From Raillietiella orientalis (taxonomy: Eukaryota): a stretch of DNA of 64,000 nt. Below are positions 1-12,389 of the stretch, piece by piece. The position numbers and the translations under genes were made by a program. The stretch is from the NCBI GenBank assembly GCA_036172245.1, contig JAYWIR010000002.1, forward strand, positions 5,022,001 through 5,086,000, given 5' to 3'. Each line of letters starts with the position of its first letter. Positions within the stretch are counted from its first letter, which is position 1. The notes below the pieces were generated by a model. The model made no database searches. It saw only the letters and a list, made by a program, of their open reading frames with translations, and was not told the origin of the DNA.

Positions 1-199
1 GTCATTTGCCCTTCTGTGCAGCTGGTCCGCGAGTCGATAGTTCCCTTTTTATTCCTTCCTCCCCTGAGTTTTTTTAAATATCAGTGGATTCTATAATCCA
101 CGTGGTCTGTTTGTTTTTCCTTTTGGGAATGACTGGATGAAGATGGCATACTGACGTGCGTTGCCAGGGGAAACCCAACGCCGGATGCTGCCATCTCAG

Positions 200-760
200 G
201 AGGAGCACGGAGCCGTGCAAATGGAATATCCGCAGTATCCAAATGGATTCCAAGGGGATCCGCCCAGCGAGGAAGACTTTTGGGGTGGATTGAGAGGTGA
301 CTGCCTTAGCCAGTCGACGTCCAGCATCCCAGCGATTTTCTTTTTCGACTCCCGACTCCCGATTTGCTCGCTGGTCACTCCTGTTGCTATCCCGGATGGA
401 AAGGCAGTGCTGCCGCAAGTGTTTTTTTTTCATTCCACGCATTCTTCCCGGAGCCTTTCGCGATCTCCTGCAAGGACCAAAGAGCGTGATCTCAGCGCCG
501 CGCAGGCACAACGACTTGTTCCCTCCCCCCTTTCCCCTCCTCGGGGGCGACCCTCCACCAAGTTCCATGGAACTGGTAGATACCCCCTCGGCGGGTTGCC
601 TCTCTTCCGGGTGCAAGGAGAGGAATTGCTTTCAGACACTGCGTTGGTGGGTGGGCGGGAGAATCCAAGGTTGCCCTGCACCAAGGCAACCATATGGAGA
701 GGTCACCACCCGCAACGGTGGCTTTGCCCGAGAGGAGACGCAAGTCCCGTCGGAGCTGGC
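200..760 (+). mobile_element. Decayed LINE APE-endonuclease remnant
   Basis: CKWNIRSI (216-239; cf. WNVRGL), PVAIP (cf. GVAIL), SVISAP (cf. NVYAP), LLGGD (537-551; cf. GGDFN) and GHHP (cf. SDH.P), in order across frameshifts. Confidence 0.55.
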
Positions 761-1461
761 TGCTTGCTTGGCGACCGCCGCCGCTCGGGAGGAGTGTGCG
801 GGGAAGGAGGTGGAAATTTGTCGTTTCCGAGGGAGTCGGATCTGGCAGGGTACATCGGAGTACCCTCTAGGCGTTTCGGACACGGGGAAGACTTCGGCAG
901 CTTCGGGCAAGTGGATGAAACAGCAGAGAGCCACTTCGAAGGGAAAAACGTAGGATCGGGGGGGGGGGGAGAGGGAGGGAGAAGGGATGGATAAAGGGGT
1001 TCCCGGTGCCTTTGCCATCCCGGCTGAAGGTGACGTCCTAAAGAGAGACTGGGCCGGCTCTCCTTTTTCCCTAATTCTTCTGCTTCCCATGCTCTGTCCC
1101 CAGACTCCGGACTGGCTCTTCGCATCCGGTCGAGTCAAGGGAACTACGTCGGATGCAAGAGAGGAACGCGAGGACGGATCCCGTCATCTTCGGATCGGTG
1201 GCGGGAGAGCCTGATTCCAGGCGCGGAGGCCGGAAACTGGCTCCGAAGGATTTCGGCATCCCGGATGGCGTTCCTGACTTCGGAATCTCACCAGCGGTCT
1301 CGGAGCCGGACGTCCCGGTTTTATCAGAGACTCCGAAAGGTGCATGCCTTGCTTTATTTTTATTTTTTCCTTTCTCTTTCTTCCTTTGCGTGCGGGGGAG
1401 TAAGAAAATAGTGGCGTGCTGACTCGCCTTCCGCGTCTGCGCTCTTTTGCTGGTGCGAGAT

Positions 1462-1493
1462 GAACAGAGGAAGGATGGGTCCTTCCTCTGTTC
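1462..1493. other. Perfect 14-bp hairpin
   Basis: GAACAGAGGAAGGA-tggg-TCCTTCCTCTGTTC. Confidence 0.9.
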
Positions 1494-1599
1494 TCTTACC
1501 GTGCCTCGCGGCTGGAGCTATCTCCAACTGCGAGGTGCAGTGGAGGAGAGCGTGGGATCCTCCTGAGTTGGCTACCCGGGGAGAGGCACCACCCTTCTT

Positions 1600-3465
1600 C
1601 CTCTTCCTCTTTATTTTCCTCATTATTCACCCTTCCTCAGCCTTCTTTCCCTTCTCCTCTCTCTCTTTTTCTTCCCTTTACACCACTTTCTCTTCCCCTT
1701 CCTTCTTTTCCTCTTTACCACTTCCTCCTCTCTTCCTCCTCTTCCCCTTCCTTTTCCTCCTACCCTTCCTCCTCTTTCTCTTCTTCTTCCTTTTCCTCCA
1801 TTCTTCCTCCTTTTCCACTTTTCTATCTCTTCCTCTCTTCCTCATCCACTTCTTTCTAATTTTTGTTCTCTCGACCGGAGACTCTTCGCTGGCAGGAATC
1901 TTCCAAAATGAAAGGAAAAAACACGTGGCGCCATCACAGACCTCGGGGTAAGAGGGCGTCGGAGGTACTCAAGGTCTTTTACCTGCGCCATCAATCATAA
2001 AGCACATGGAGCATAGGTTTTCTGGCTTCTCTGCAGCGCCCGCGAAAGCACTGCTGACATCAACTCAACGATGGGGACTTCCGCGCGATGGCACCACCCC
2101 GTGCGAGTCGCGACCTAGCAGCCTGCTACCGACGGAGACCCATGCATCTGGAAACGGGGAGCTTTAATCTCTCGGGAGCGAGGTAGTCGGTCTTCTTCCT
2201 CTAGGGAGAGCCGGGAGCGAAGCGTCCGCTCAGAGCGTGGGAACGTTGGCCGTTTGCAGGGTGTTCGTGTCGCTGGCCATGCAACACGAAAACGCAAGAA
2301 AAAGAGAAAGAAATAGAAAGAAAAAAGAAGAGGGAGAGGAGAAGGACAGCTTTCTTAGGCCTGCCTGGGTCCACTTTGGAAATGAAATGGGCCTCGAGCG
2401 AGGTGTGACCGTGCGTGCGGCAAAAAGCTCCGCCGAATTACGGACGAGATCCAGCGCTCCTGAGCAGATGGCACGTCCGCTCAGCCTCCCCTCTCCGCAG
2501 AGATCCAATTAATCCTACGAGAAAATGCCATCGCGGGATGCATTCGATCCAGAGCATCAAGCGCGCTAGCTGCGAGGGTCTCAATCAGCTCCTGGGGCGG
2601 TAGAAGGCGTCGGAATCCTGGCGATGGGAGCACGACGAGGGCGATGCGATTGATTTTTCCATGGCCACGAGCGGGGAGACACGGACTAAAAATAGGCGGC
2701 CCGATGAAATCACTCCGAGTGTTTGTCGCCCTCCACATCAGAGTGCGCCCGGTCCCGACGAACGGGGCTCCGATTAGATAAGCGGTAGTGGCGTTCGACG
2801 AAACCTCTCCTCCTCCCTGCCGTCTGTCGCCACCGTCTGGAGTCGAGCGCAGCGGTCTCCAAAGGGCTCGCGATGGGCCCGCTGGTGGTGGGGCTTGCTG
2901 GCGGCAGCCGGTCGCCAGGAGCGCACCCACGCCGTTTGCCTCGGGACGAATCTACGCGGAACACCGCAACGGGGAGGAGGATCGGGCCGATGGTTCGAAC
3001 AGCTGGTTCTCTCCTCCCCATCCTTCGATTGACATCAGCGTGCTTTCGCGGGCGCTGCAGAGAAGCCAGAAAACCCATACTCCATGGCTTTATGATTGAT
3101 GGCACCGGTAAAAGACCTCGAGTACCTCCGACGCCCTCTTACCCCGAGGTCTGTGATGGCGCCATGTGTTTTTTCCTTTCGTTTTGGAAGGTTTCTGCCA
3201 GCGAAGAGTCTCCGGTCGAGAGAACAAGAATTAGGGAGAGGTGGAGAGGAAAAGGAAGAGAAGGAGGAGGAAAGGAGGAAGAGAGGAAGAGGTAGAAAAG
3301 AGGAAAAGGAGGAAGAAGAAGAGGAAGATAAGGTGGTGGTGGAGTAGGAGAAAGAGGAGGAAGGGTAGGGGGAAAAGAAAGAGGAAGGAGAGGAAGAAAG
3401 GGGAAAAAGAAGGAAGGGAGGGAAGGAGGGAGGAGGAGGAAAAAGGGTTGGGAAGTAGGGAGGAA
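1600..3465. repeat. Long inverted repeat IR1 (arms ~1600-2077 and ~3015-3465)
   Basis: 1856-2063 is the reverse complement of 3029-3234 at over 90% identity; the flanking pyrimidine and purine tracts also align. Confidence 0.95.
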
Positions 3466-3950
3466 AAACTCATTCGGATGGCATCCGACACCAGTGATGA
3501 AACGACACGCCAACCCTCGTGCTGCAGGGGCACGCAAGCGAGTTCTTCAGTTTCTTGTCTGGTGGCGCGATGGATTTAGAAAAGGACCATGGGAACCTCG
3601 GATGATCGAAGCTTCGAGAAACCTCCATGAGTTTCTCTTCGCACTGCCTCTGCTGGCCGAGGCGTCAGTTGACCCATTCTTCTAGACGCGGACCCACGCC
3701 CGTCCAGAGCATGGGTCGGTTTTGGTTTTCCTTGGTCCACGGTCACTCCTGCGGGTGTGCGATCCAGACATCAACCGAGTTGAGTGCCAATCGGCAGGAT
3801 GCAACTTCGACTTCGCTCCTCGGACACCCAGTGTTCAAAATGGCCGCAGGGCGGGACCGAGGCTTCCTCGCCGAGCGCGACTGCTCGTGGTTCTCAGGTC
3901 ATCGACCCGTTCCCGGAGCGTGGACCGGGAACAGAGTAGAGATATGGTTT
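2400..3950 (+). mobile_element. Very decayed LINE ORF2 remnant (EN end, linker, RT start)
   Basis: LRLDK (~2770; cf. SRLD), DLEYLRRPLTPRSV (~3115; pre-RT L..P.T motif), DGFRKG (~3570; cf. Q.GFR.GR). Confidence 0.35.
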
Positions 3951-5128
3951 CATCCAGAAGAGGAGGAGACAGACAAGAGGGGAGGATTTCTGTGTCACTC
4001 GGGGTGGGTGCGCGCAGGACCCGCCTCTCACAGTTTCGATCCGAGTACTTCCACACGTTTCCGGATCGCCTGTCCCGGGAGTGACACGGAGGCTCGGGCT
4101 GCTCCCCCACATCGGATCCCAAGGGGCTAATGGGGATCCTCTTATTCACCACCAGGGTTTGCGACAGCAGTTCCAGGCGCGACGACCTCTGGCGCGGTCC
4201 TACTCCCGCTCGTCGGAGCGTCCTGAGGGAACCTGCCGTCGTCCTGCGATGCAGGCACTCGGGGTGAACGGAAAAGCTCTGCTCCGGAGGCGTCAGGGTC
4301 CAGGCCTCGGCGCTTCGGGGCTGACCATCTCTGAGGCGGGTCGCTTCCGCCTCGGAGCACTCCGGTTCCCACAGCAGTCGGCGCCCTCTGTGCGGATCCG
4401 ATGAGCGTCTCGCACCGGGTGCAGTGAGTCGACGACTGCTTCGTCCCGCTGAGCCCCCCGGGTGGCGGATTCGACCCACACTCCGGAGGCAGGCCAGATT
4501 CCTCCTCTTCCGCCTGGAGTTTCGAGGAGGGTCGTTGTGTTCCCGAATGTCCCTGCCGATCCGCTCCTGCAGGTGGAGGCTCCAGTCTTCCATCCTCTCG
4601 GCGAACCGACCTTCCAGAAGATTCATCCTCCCCTCGTTCCTTCGTTGCTCGGACCTACCGACCAGTTTATTTGTCAAGGACCTCCTCCAGAACCCCCCAT
4701 TTCCGGTCCCGTCTCGACTGGAGACGCGGTCCGCCTTCCGCTTTCCTCCTTTCCCTCCATTGCCCCGGCAACTGCCTCCTTCCCCCTCGCCGCTTCCGAG
4801 GCAGGTAAGACCGATGGAAGTCGCTGCTCCTCCTTATCTCGCTTTCCCCATCTGAAAGAGCGCGGGTGATGCGGATGTCAGATCGGAAGTCGGGGCCGGG
4901 AGTGGCCCGCGGCGGAGGTGGAAGCGCTTGCGATGCTAATCTTCGGGGAGGAAGCGGCGGCCGCCCGGAGAGATGAGAAGATGCTTCGCCGACCAGCGGG
5001 CCTCTCCCTCCCCCTGTTCCTCGGAGATCAGGTCCGCTCCGCGTGCTCTATGCCGCAGCTTTCTCCCAGCCCCTCTCTCTCTGCGTTCCATCCAGGTAGA
5101 AGAGGAAAGTAGGAGGAGGAAAAAGGTG

Positions 5129-6825
5129 GGAGGAGGAGGAAGGGAGGAGATTTGGTTCAGAAAATCCAGTGGAGGGGGGAGGTTTGGATGCCGACACGCG
5201 GATGTCCCGAGACGATCCTGAGACTGGAGCGGTCCGCTGAGCGTCCGGGCGCTCTTTCGACGCAGGGTCGCCCGCCTGCGCCGAAAGAGCTCCCGGGAGG
5301 AAGAGCTGCAGGAAGAGTTCCAGCGCCCTTCCTCCCTAGCGGCCTTGGAAAGAGGGGGGGACTTTCAGAAGAGCGGAGGGGGCGTGAGGACGCTGGAGGA
5401 ACCCCTCGGGGGAAACTCTGTCGTCCCTGAGGGCACCCGCAGAAAAAAGGCCAGAGGCGGCTGCAGCAATGCCCGTCTTCGGATCGAGGGGAACACGCAT
5501 CCAGGAGTCGCCTGCGTGCAGGGGCGAGCAGGGAGGGGACCGGGACGACCCACGCGCGTCTCACTCCCGGCGCTCTCCCCGTCCTCTCGGGGAAACGCCG
5601 GTGATAGGACACCCAAGAGATTCCGGAGGGAGCGCTCCCCTGGCAGCATCGGTCTTGTGGTCTTCCTTCGCTCGTGGCCATCATCCACCTTCGCGCCCAG
5701 CTGCGCGGGACCGTTGCGGAGAAGGCAGTCCAGGAGGCGCTGCCCAGGCAGTGGCAAGCAGGAGTCCGCCCATAGGGAAGGAAAAGACGGAGGATGGGGG
5801 AATGCCCGCTTCTCCCCGCCGAACCCCAGGAACGGTAGGACCGCTCCCCCACGGTCTTCACTTCCTCCTTCCCCTTCCTACTCCTTTCCTCCTCCTCTTC
5901 CTCTTCCCTCCCTGTCCCTTCCTCCTCCTCCCTTTCTCCACTTTCTCTTTCCTTCCTCCTCTTCCTTTTCTTTCTCCATCCCTTCTCCTACCCCACCGCC
6001 TCTTCCGATGAATATCAGGAGGCGCGCACGTGCCACTGCCGTTCGCGGACTCCTCGTCTCCTGACTCCATCGTCTCCGTGCAGCCATCTTTCCTCGACCG
6101 ATGGCTGCGCGCATCCCGGAATACTAGTCAGGAGGCGCTGCCGCAGCATCTCCCGTCCGTGAGCGAAGGCACTGGCCACGGTCACGAGGAAAAAGGGAAA
6201 GGGAAGGTGGGTGGAGAAAGGGGAGACTTTTGTTTAGCGCCGCCGCCACTTCGGGAGGGAGGCGGCAGGCACGAGAACGGGTTCGCGCCGAGCACTACGA
6301 GCGCGCCTACCCACGGCAAAGGAGAGAGAGAGAAGGAGAAAAACGGTGGCTCGGGAGGTAATGCCAGCGGAGGCACTCAGATCCCCTCTCCCGCTGGACG
6401 CCTAGTCAAGCAAAGGAATCCTCTGCAAGAGTTCCCACGGCACACAAAGCGAGCGCTCCTTTCCAACGATACCGAATTCGCGCACGCTCAGGGATCGTAC
6501 CTCCCCCCCCCTGCCACCCCTTGGTCCCCCCTCCGCTCTTCTGAAAGTCCCCCCCTCTTTCCAAGGCCTCTAGGGAGGAAAAGCGCTGGAACTTTTCCTT
6601 CAGCTCTTCCTCCTTCGCTTCGAAGGCATTTCGTCCCGGGTGCTGTTTCCGCGCAGGTCGCCCGAAGTGCCGGAGATCTCTAGCTGGGCCACCATGGCCG
6701 GCGCCGTGTCCCACCGAAGCGCTCCAGTCTCAGGGTCGTCTCGGGACATCCGCGTGTCGGCATCCGGACCTCTCCTCTTCACCGGACTTTCTGGGCCAAA
6801 TCTCCCTTCCTCCTCCTCCTCCTCC
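5129..6825. repeat. Long inverted repeat IR2 (blocks 5129-5231/6720-6825 and 5296-5382/6527-6613)
   Basis: Direct reverse-complement matches, e.g. GGATGCCGACACGCGGATGTCCCGAGACGA and GGCCTTGGAAAGAG..GACTTTCAGAAGAGCGGAGGGGG. Confidence 0.95.
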
Positions 6826-9800
6826 CTTCTTCCGCCGTGTCCGTCTCTCGCTACGAGCGGCCCCCATCCTAGTTCCTCCCCCCTCCCCTTTCTCCCGATC
6901 CCCTCCTGATCGGTTCGCCCGCTGCCGCTGCAGGGGAGGATGAGGGAGAGGGGGAGGAGGCTCACGCCGCGACGTCCTCCGGCCATGATTGGCGCCCTCC
7001 CTCGTTGCTCGACGTGGGAGTGCGCCGCGTAGCAGCAGCCTCTGCTGCTTTCGATGCCCACACGTGTGGAACGCGAGCTGCACCTCGGTCCACCCATCCC
7101 TCCGACACCCTGGCAGCAGAAGCGACTTCAAGGACGCTCCTTGCCGCTTCCCCTGCGCCGGGAGGCTCGCTCGCTCGCATCCCGGACGCGTGCAAGCAAG
7201 CGGAAATCCCGGCCCAGGGTTCGGGAAGAGGGCATCAGGGCCGGAGAGGAGGATGCTCAGCGCTCCTCCGATCCATCCCCTCCCCGCGTGCAGGGAGGAA
7301 GAGACGGATGAAGCGGAATCCGCCGGTTCCAAGGCGGCAACCGTGCCACGCCAGTCCGCGAGGGATGGAGGAGAGGATGCCGGAGATGCGCGCTCGGAAA
7401 GCCCCGTTTAGCGTGTCGTTTAACCGCCCGCCCCTCCCACGCGCGCAAGATTCAAAATGCCCCCTGGGGAAGACGGGGCTTCCTGTTAAGCGCTCTTTTC
7501 CTCCCCACGGTCGGTGCGCTCGGGGAGGGGCTGAGAGAGCTGCGACCCGACGGAGCAGGAGGCAGCTTCGCCGCGCGGCCTGAGGGAGCGTCAGCGTCTG
7601 TTCCCTGGGAGCTCCGTGAGACAGCAGAAGTCCAGACGCTCCGGATGCTGAGGGACTCTGAAAGCTGCATCTCGCTGACCTTCTCCTTCGAAAGCTCTCC
7701 GTTCTCTTCCTTCCACAGTCCACGCCTCTTCCACAGCGGAGCATTTCGCTTGCTCCCGCGTCCTCGGAGGAAGCTGCGCCCACTCCCGTTCCCTATTCCT
7801 TTGTGGGGAGATCGAACGCCGCTCGGAAGGCTGCAAGTGGCTCTGAGACGCGTCGCCATGACATCAAGTCTCGAAGTCAGCCGCACCGACGCTCCCAGTT
7901 TGCTCTTCCCGGAAGTCCAGCCTGAGATCGGCAGCGTCCGTTTTCCCCAGCTCCGACGTCCATTTCTTGGAGGGCACCTCGACTGCCTTCTTCCCTTTCC
8001 CTCTTCCCCCCTTATCCTTCCTCCCTACCTCCCGAAACAATGCGGAGTCAAACTTCGCCAGTGCCCCTCTTCACCGCGTGGGGAAAGCGGCGACAGTTGT
8101 CTGGGATTTCCCGATAGGGAGCAATCACTTCCCTCTTCAGCTTCCGATGTCCCCAGCGGCCGTCCGTTACGGATCCGGGAGTGAGCTCATCGGGCTCATT
8201 TGCGTGCAAATCTCGATTCGATCCCTCTGTATCCTGCTAATCTCCGTTCCCGTTCGGACGTTTTTCGAGAAGTTGGGCGGGACGTCTCCTCGTCTCGAAT
8301 ACCTGGTACGGGACAGCGCGATAAAGGAGAAAAGCAAAGAAACAGCAGCGGAGGACTGGGACGGCCTGGATGCAATCGAGCGTACGTCATGGAGCGAAAA
8401 GTCCTGGGGAAACATAGGAGAAGACTGGAAACCGCTGAGCTTCTTTCGGCGAAACATGATGGATCTTTCAGCTTTCTTTTCTTTTCTTCCCTTTCCTTTT
8501 TTCCAAGGACGCGCGCGCGCTCAAAATCGTGCGCAGCTGCGCATACAAAAAAAAAAGACAAAACTAAAACCGATCCAGTACTCAATGAGATTGTTCTCAA
8601 CCAGAACTCTATAGCCGCGCAAACTTAGCGAGCACGTTGAAATGGCGAAATGGACTTGGCACCCCCTTTTTTCTCGCCAGTTTTCTTATCGTGCGTCGAT
8701 AACACTTACGAGCATCCACTCTCTGCTGTGGACCTGCACAGGACCCCGCAGTTGAACGTGCATGCCTTTTTCAAAGCTTCGCCTCCTTTAGCACGGCCCC
8801 CTCTTTTGGTGTGACCTGCCCTGTCTCCGGGCGTGGCTCGCAGAGTGTCTGGAACCCATTTTTACCTTGCTCGCAGGTTCGCTCCTGTGCCTCCTCGATT
8901 CCCTTGTCACGGGAAGTCGAGAATTTTCCGTTGCGAATTCGGTGGGTTCCTGCTTTTGCCTCCTGCCCTCGGAGACTGCAAGGTCACCGAAACTCACCTT
9001 GCGGCGATTTCTCCACTTTTGATACAGCGAGGTTGCTTGCACGTAATCGCTCCCGGTTGTACAGCGAGGCCGAGGAAGTAACGAAGAGTCGGGCAATCGG
9101 AGGTGCATCTTCACTTAGCGCGTCTCATATGAGCAGACACAAACGTGCAAAAGGGAGAACAGCAGTTCTCACGGTTCCCCCAATCTATTCCTCTGAAATC
9201 AATGATGTCATCCATGATAGTGGGGGCTCTGATATATTTATTTATCTCAGCATGTTTGCCTTTTTTTCTTTTTCCTTGGCGAATTTCGTCGTCGCTAATT
9301 TTTCTGGATTACCGACTGATGTGATAAACTCCTAAGGTTTCTTTGCATCTCCTCATCAATTTCGATGCGAGGAAAGGAAAGATTGCCCTCTGCACAGCCG
9401 CCTGTTTCTTATCGCGAACGCTATCGATTTCTAACCTCACCAAGGTATTGCAAACGTGCTCAGTGGCCTGTGCGTTCACCTATGGCAACAAGTTGGCCAC
9501 GCCAGCGACCACCACCATCCCAAACGGAAACGGCGAAATTTCGGAGGAAGGGAAAAGGCGGCCGGAAGGAGTTCGGACGAATCTCAGACGCCGTCAGTTG
9601 CTATGAAGGGTTGAATAGATCAATGCCATGGATGACTCTAGACTCCGTTGCTGCCTCCCTGCGCAGTTGTTGGACCGCGGACGTGTGTTCGTTACGAGGT
9701 GTTCGGACACTCTGGACCGCTCGAATTTCGAAAGTTTGCGGGGTTTTCGTTCCCTTCGTACCGAACACTCTGATGACACACCGAACACGTTTGACTGATT

Positions 9801-11670
9801 TTCTTGTTGGACGAAGGAAGGATTATAGGAAGGACAAAAAATACCGTGGCGGAAGGAGGAGGAGGCAATGAGCCTTCATTCTCTCGGACAGGACAGCTGA
9901 AGTAATCGCCGCTGTTGTCAATTAGGTCATCCCTGATCGTTGCCAGGAGCGATGGAATCTTGAAACTCAGAGCAGCAGCAAACGCGCTTACCTGAAGAAA
10001 ATGGAAATCTTTTTCTTTCCTTCCTCTCTTTCCTTTCGCCTTTTTATTTCATTTTATTTTCCCCTTCCCTTCCACCCCCGACTTCCTTCCAGATGTAGCC
10101 ATTTTCCCACACAGAATCAAAACTCTCAAGCAGCTCGAAACACGCGACGTTTAAATAAGACGGAGATTCCTTTTCGATTCATTTAATAGCGAACGATGAG
10201 GTTTGGGCTGCAGAGTGATCGTTTTTTTTTTTTTTTTCCCCGTGCATCCGGAACCCTTGCGTGAGGAACAATTTTCCCTATGGCAAGTTTCAAGACGTGT
10301 TGTAACAAAATTAAGCCTTGCGCATGCGTTTGTTTGAAACAGTGACGAGATCTGTTTCAGCTGACACTTTTGAACAGTGAAGTGCAAAGTGAAAGACGTG
10401 TATGGCACGGCGTTTCCCGTGTTTGCGAAGGAGCTCGACTTGATGCACGCACTGCAGGAGCAGAAGACAAAGATGATTGCTGCCGTCGTTACGTGAGATG
10501 GGGCAAATCACCCGCAGAAGAGGGAGCTATTGAATGCTTGTGAGTATTTCGCAGTTTCCGTCTTGGGTGGACCGCGAGATCCATTCTGGCCTTGCCACTT
10601 TTCTCGGATGGCGGGTGGCTCCAAGCCCCCCTTTCCGAGACAGATCAGAAACGCGCGCGGGTGCGCCGCCCCGGAGCCGTGAAAAAACGCGGAGAACGGA
10701 GGAATTCGTACGAGCATTCCAGAACATTCCCCAAATCGCTGCCGCGTGCACTTCCAATTTCCAAGGGGTACGGGGCTCAGAGTAGGTAAACTAAGCCGGG
10801 CAACGGGTCACCCTCGTCTAATTTGCTCCCGAGTCGGTTTGCATAACGGAGGAGGAACGCTTCCCTGCCCGCGGAGGAGCCCCTCGGAGGAATGCGCTTT
10901 GGGATTCAGGGTTCGAACTTTGCTCACAACCCGCAGCGAGCGGCTCCACCCTCACTCGCGTGGCTGCGTTCTCCAGAGTGGGATCTTTTGATAACAAACC
11001 ACGGTCATGGAGCACTTTGATGTGCATAAAACACCCGGACGGAAAAACTAACTGTCTTCACGCTGTCCCCGCCCGAGTGGGGAACTTCCTCTGTTCATCT
11101 TCGCTGCGGGGAGTGATTGCTCCGTTGTCACGAGCTCACCCTTCGTGGACACGGAACACCCGAACCAAGGGGACCCGCTCGCCTCGTTCCCAGGGGTGTT
11201 TCCGTTCTGCATCCGGGGGTTTGTCGGCGCACCAGCCGGCATCTTGAATCGCTTCGCAGTACCAGCGTTCGGGACAGGCCGTCAGAATCACACATGCAGT
11301 GAAAGTGTGTGTGAGCTTAGAGATGGATGGCGGGGATATGTGGAGGGTACCAAAGGAGAGTGGGTGTCGCAAGGGATGGGAAGGTCGAGAATGAAAGTAT
11401 GGGTGCGGTAATGCTCGCAGGCGATGTGTTTTTCGGCCTCGCAGAGGTCGCTACATCTGCGAGGAACGCAGCGACCTCTGAGAGGCCCGAGATTTCCGTT
11501 AGTGGTGGATAGGCAAAAAGGTCTTTTCCTTGCTCCGTGCATGGCATGGAGGAACTGCACGTCGACAATGCATAGCCAATAGCAAGGGAAGAAAGGAAAC
11601 CGACACAAGATGTCGAAACGGAAACAGCTTTCGCTTTTGTTTGTTTGTTTCTTGGATTCATACAGAATCC

Positions 11671-11743
11671 TGACGAGGGAACGAATGTCTATTGATATTC
11701 CTTCGTTAGGAACGAATATCTATTGATATTCGTTCCTTCGTTA
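11671..11743. repeat. Palindrome with internal tandem duplication
   Basis: GGAACGAATATC-tatt-GATATTCGTTCC (11709-11736) is perfect and is preceded by a partial duplicate; the outer ends also pair. Confidence 0.9.
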
Positions 11744-12389
11744 TCTCCTCTGAGACTGGGAAGGCTCTTGTTTCTAGATCGTCCATTATATGTTGCAACA
11801 TGTGGATCATCGCAGTGATCACAGTTACCCCGTATCGAATCCGCATCATTTCTCTTCCTCCCCGGAGAGATTCCCCTTCGGTTGAAGATACGAGGCACAC
11901 GGGTGCATTCTGATGTATTTACCAGCATTCCAAAGTCCCGTTACGCTCAGATGCTTTCATCAGATCTCAGTCCTGGAGATCTAGAGCTTTCTGCAGAGCG
12001 TGCTATTCCTCCTCTCCCGTTGAGAAAGGCCTGTGTACTTGCCCGGGATGCCGACCCCCTGTCCTGTAGCAGCTGGACTTCCGAACTTGCTTTCAGTTCG
12101 CCGGTCAGCTCTGTCCTTCGCCGGTTCGTATGCGAGCGACCTCTTGCTAGCCAGATCTTTTGCCGTCGACGCTCGCTTCTTCCTCCGTCCTGACTATCTC
12201 CTCTCGTTTGCCCTCACGTCCTGTTTTGTTTTGTCAGAACGCTCTTTTCTGCCTCCTCGACTTTAGATTTCAATTTGCTTCCGTCTGCATCTGCATTCAC
12301 GAAACTTCCTAACGTCAGTTGCTTCCGAATTCGTCTGTGCCTCCTGGCGTGTGAGACCACATTCGGATTGGGCATGAGAAATCTTGTAA

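Noticed and set aside
1460..1951. Phe/Leu/Ser-rich ORF and the mirrored Arg/Lys/Glu-rich ORFs near 3100-3580
   Set aside because: Artefacts of low-complexity pyrimidine and purine tracts.
3835..4677. 280-aa minus-strand ORF with a coiled-coil-like start
   Set aside because: Non-ATG start and no recognisable domain or splice context; more likely TE-derived or a chance ORF in GC-rich DNA.
4000..8200. Endogenous deltavirus/viroid-like element (GC-rich, opposing purine and pyrimidine patches, rod-like fold)
   Set aside because: I saw no delta-antigen motif (e.g. ENPWLGN) in the translations examined and no recognisable ribozyme. Complementarity is confined to blocks that look like inverted duplications. 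An HDAg HMM and ribozyme covariance-model search would settle it.
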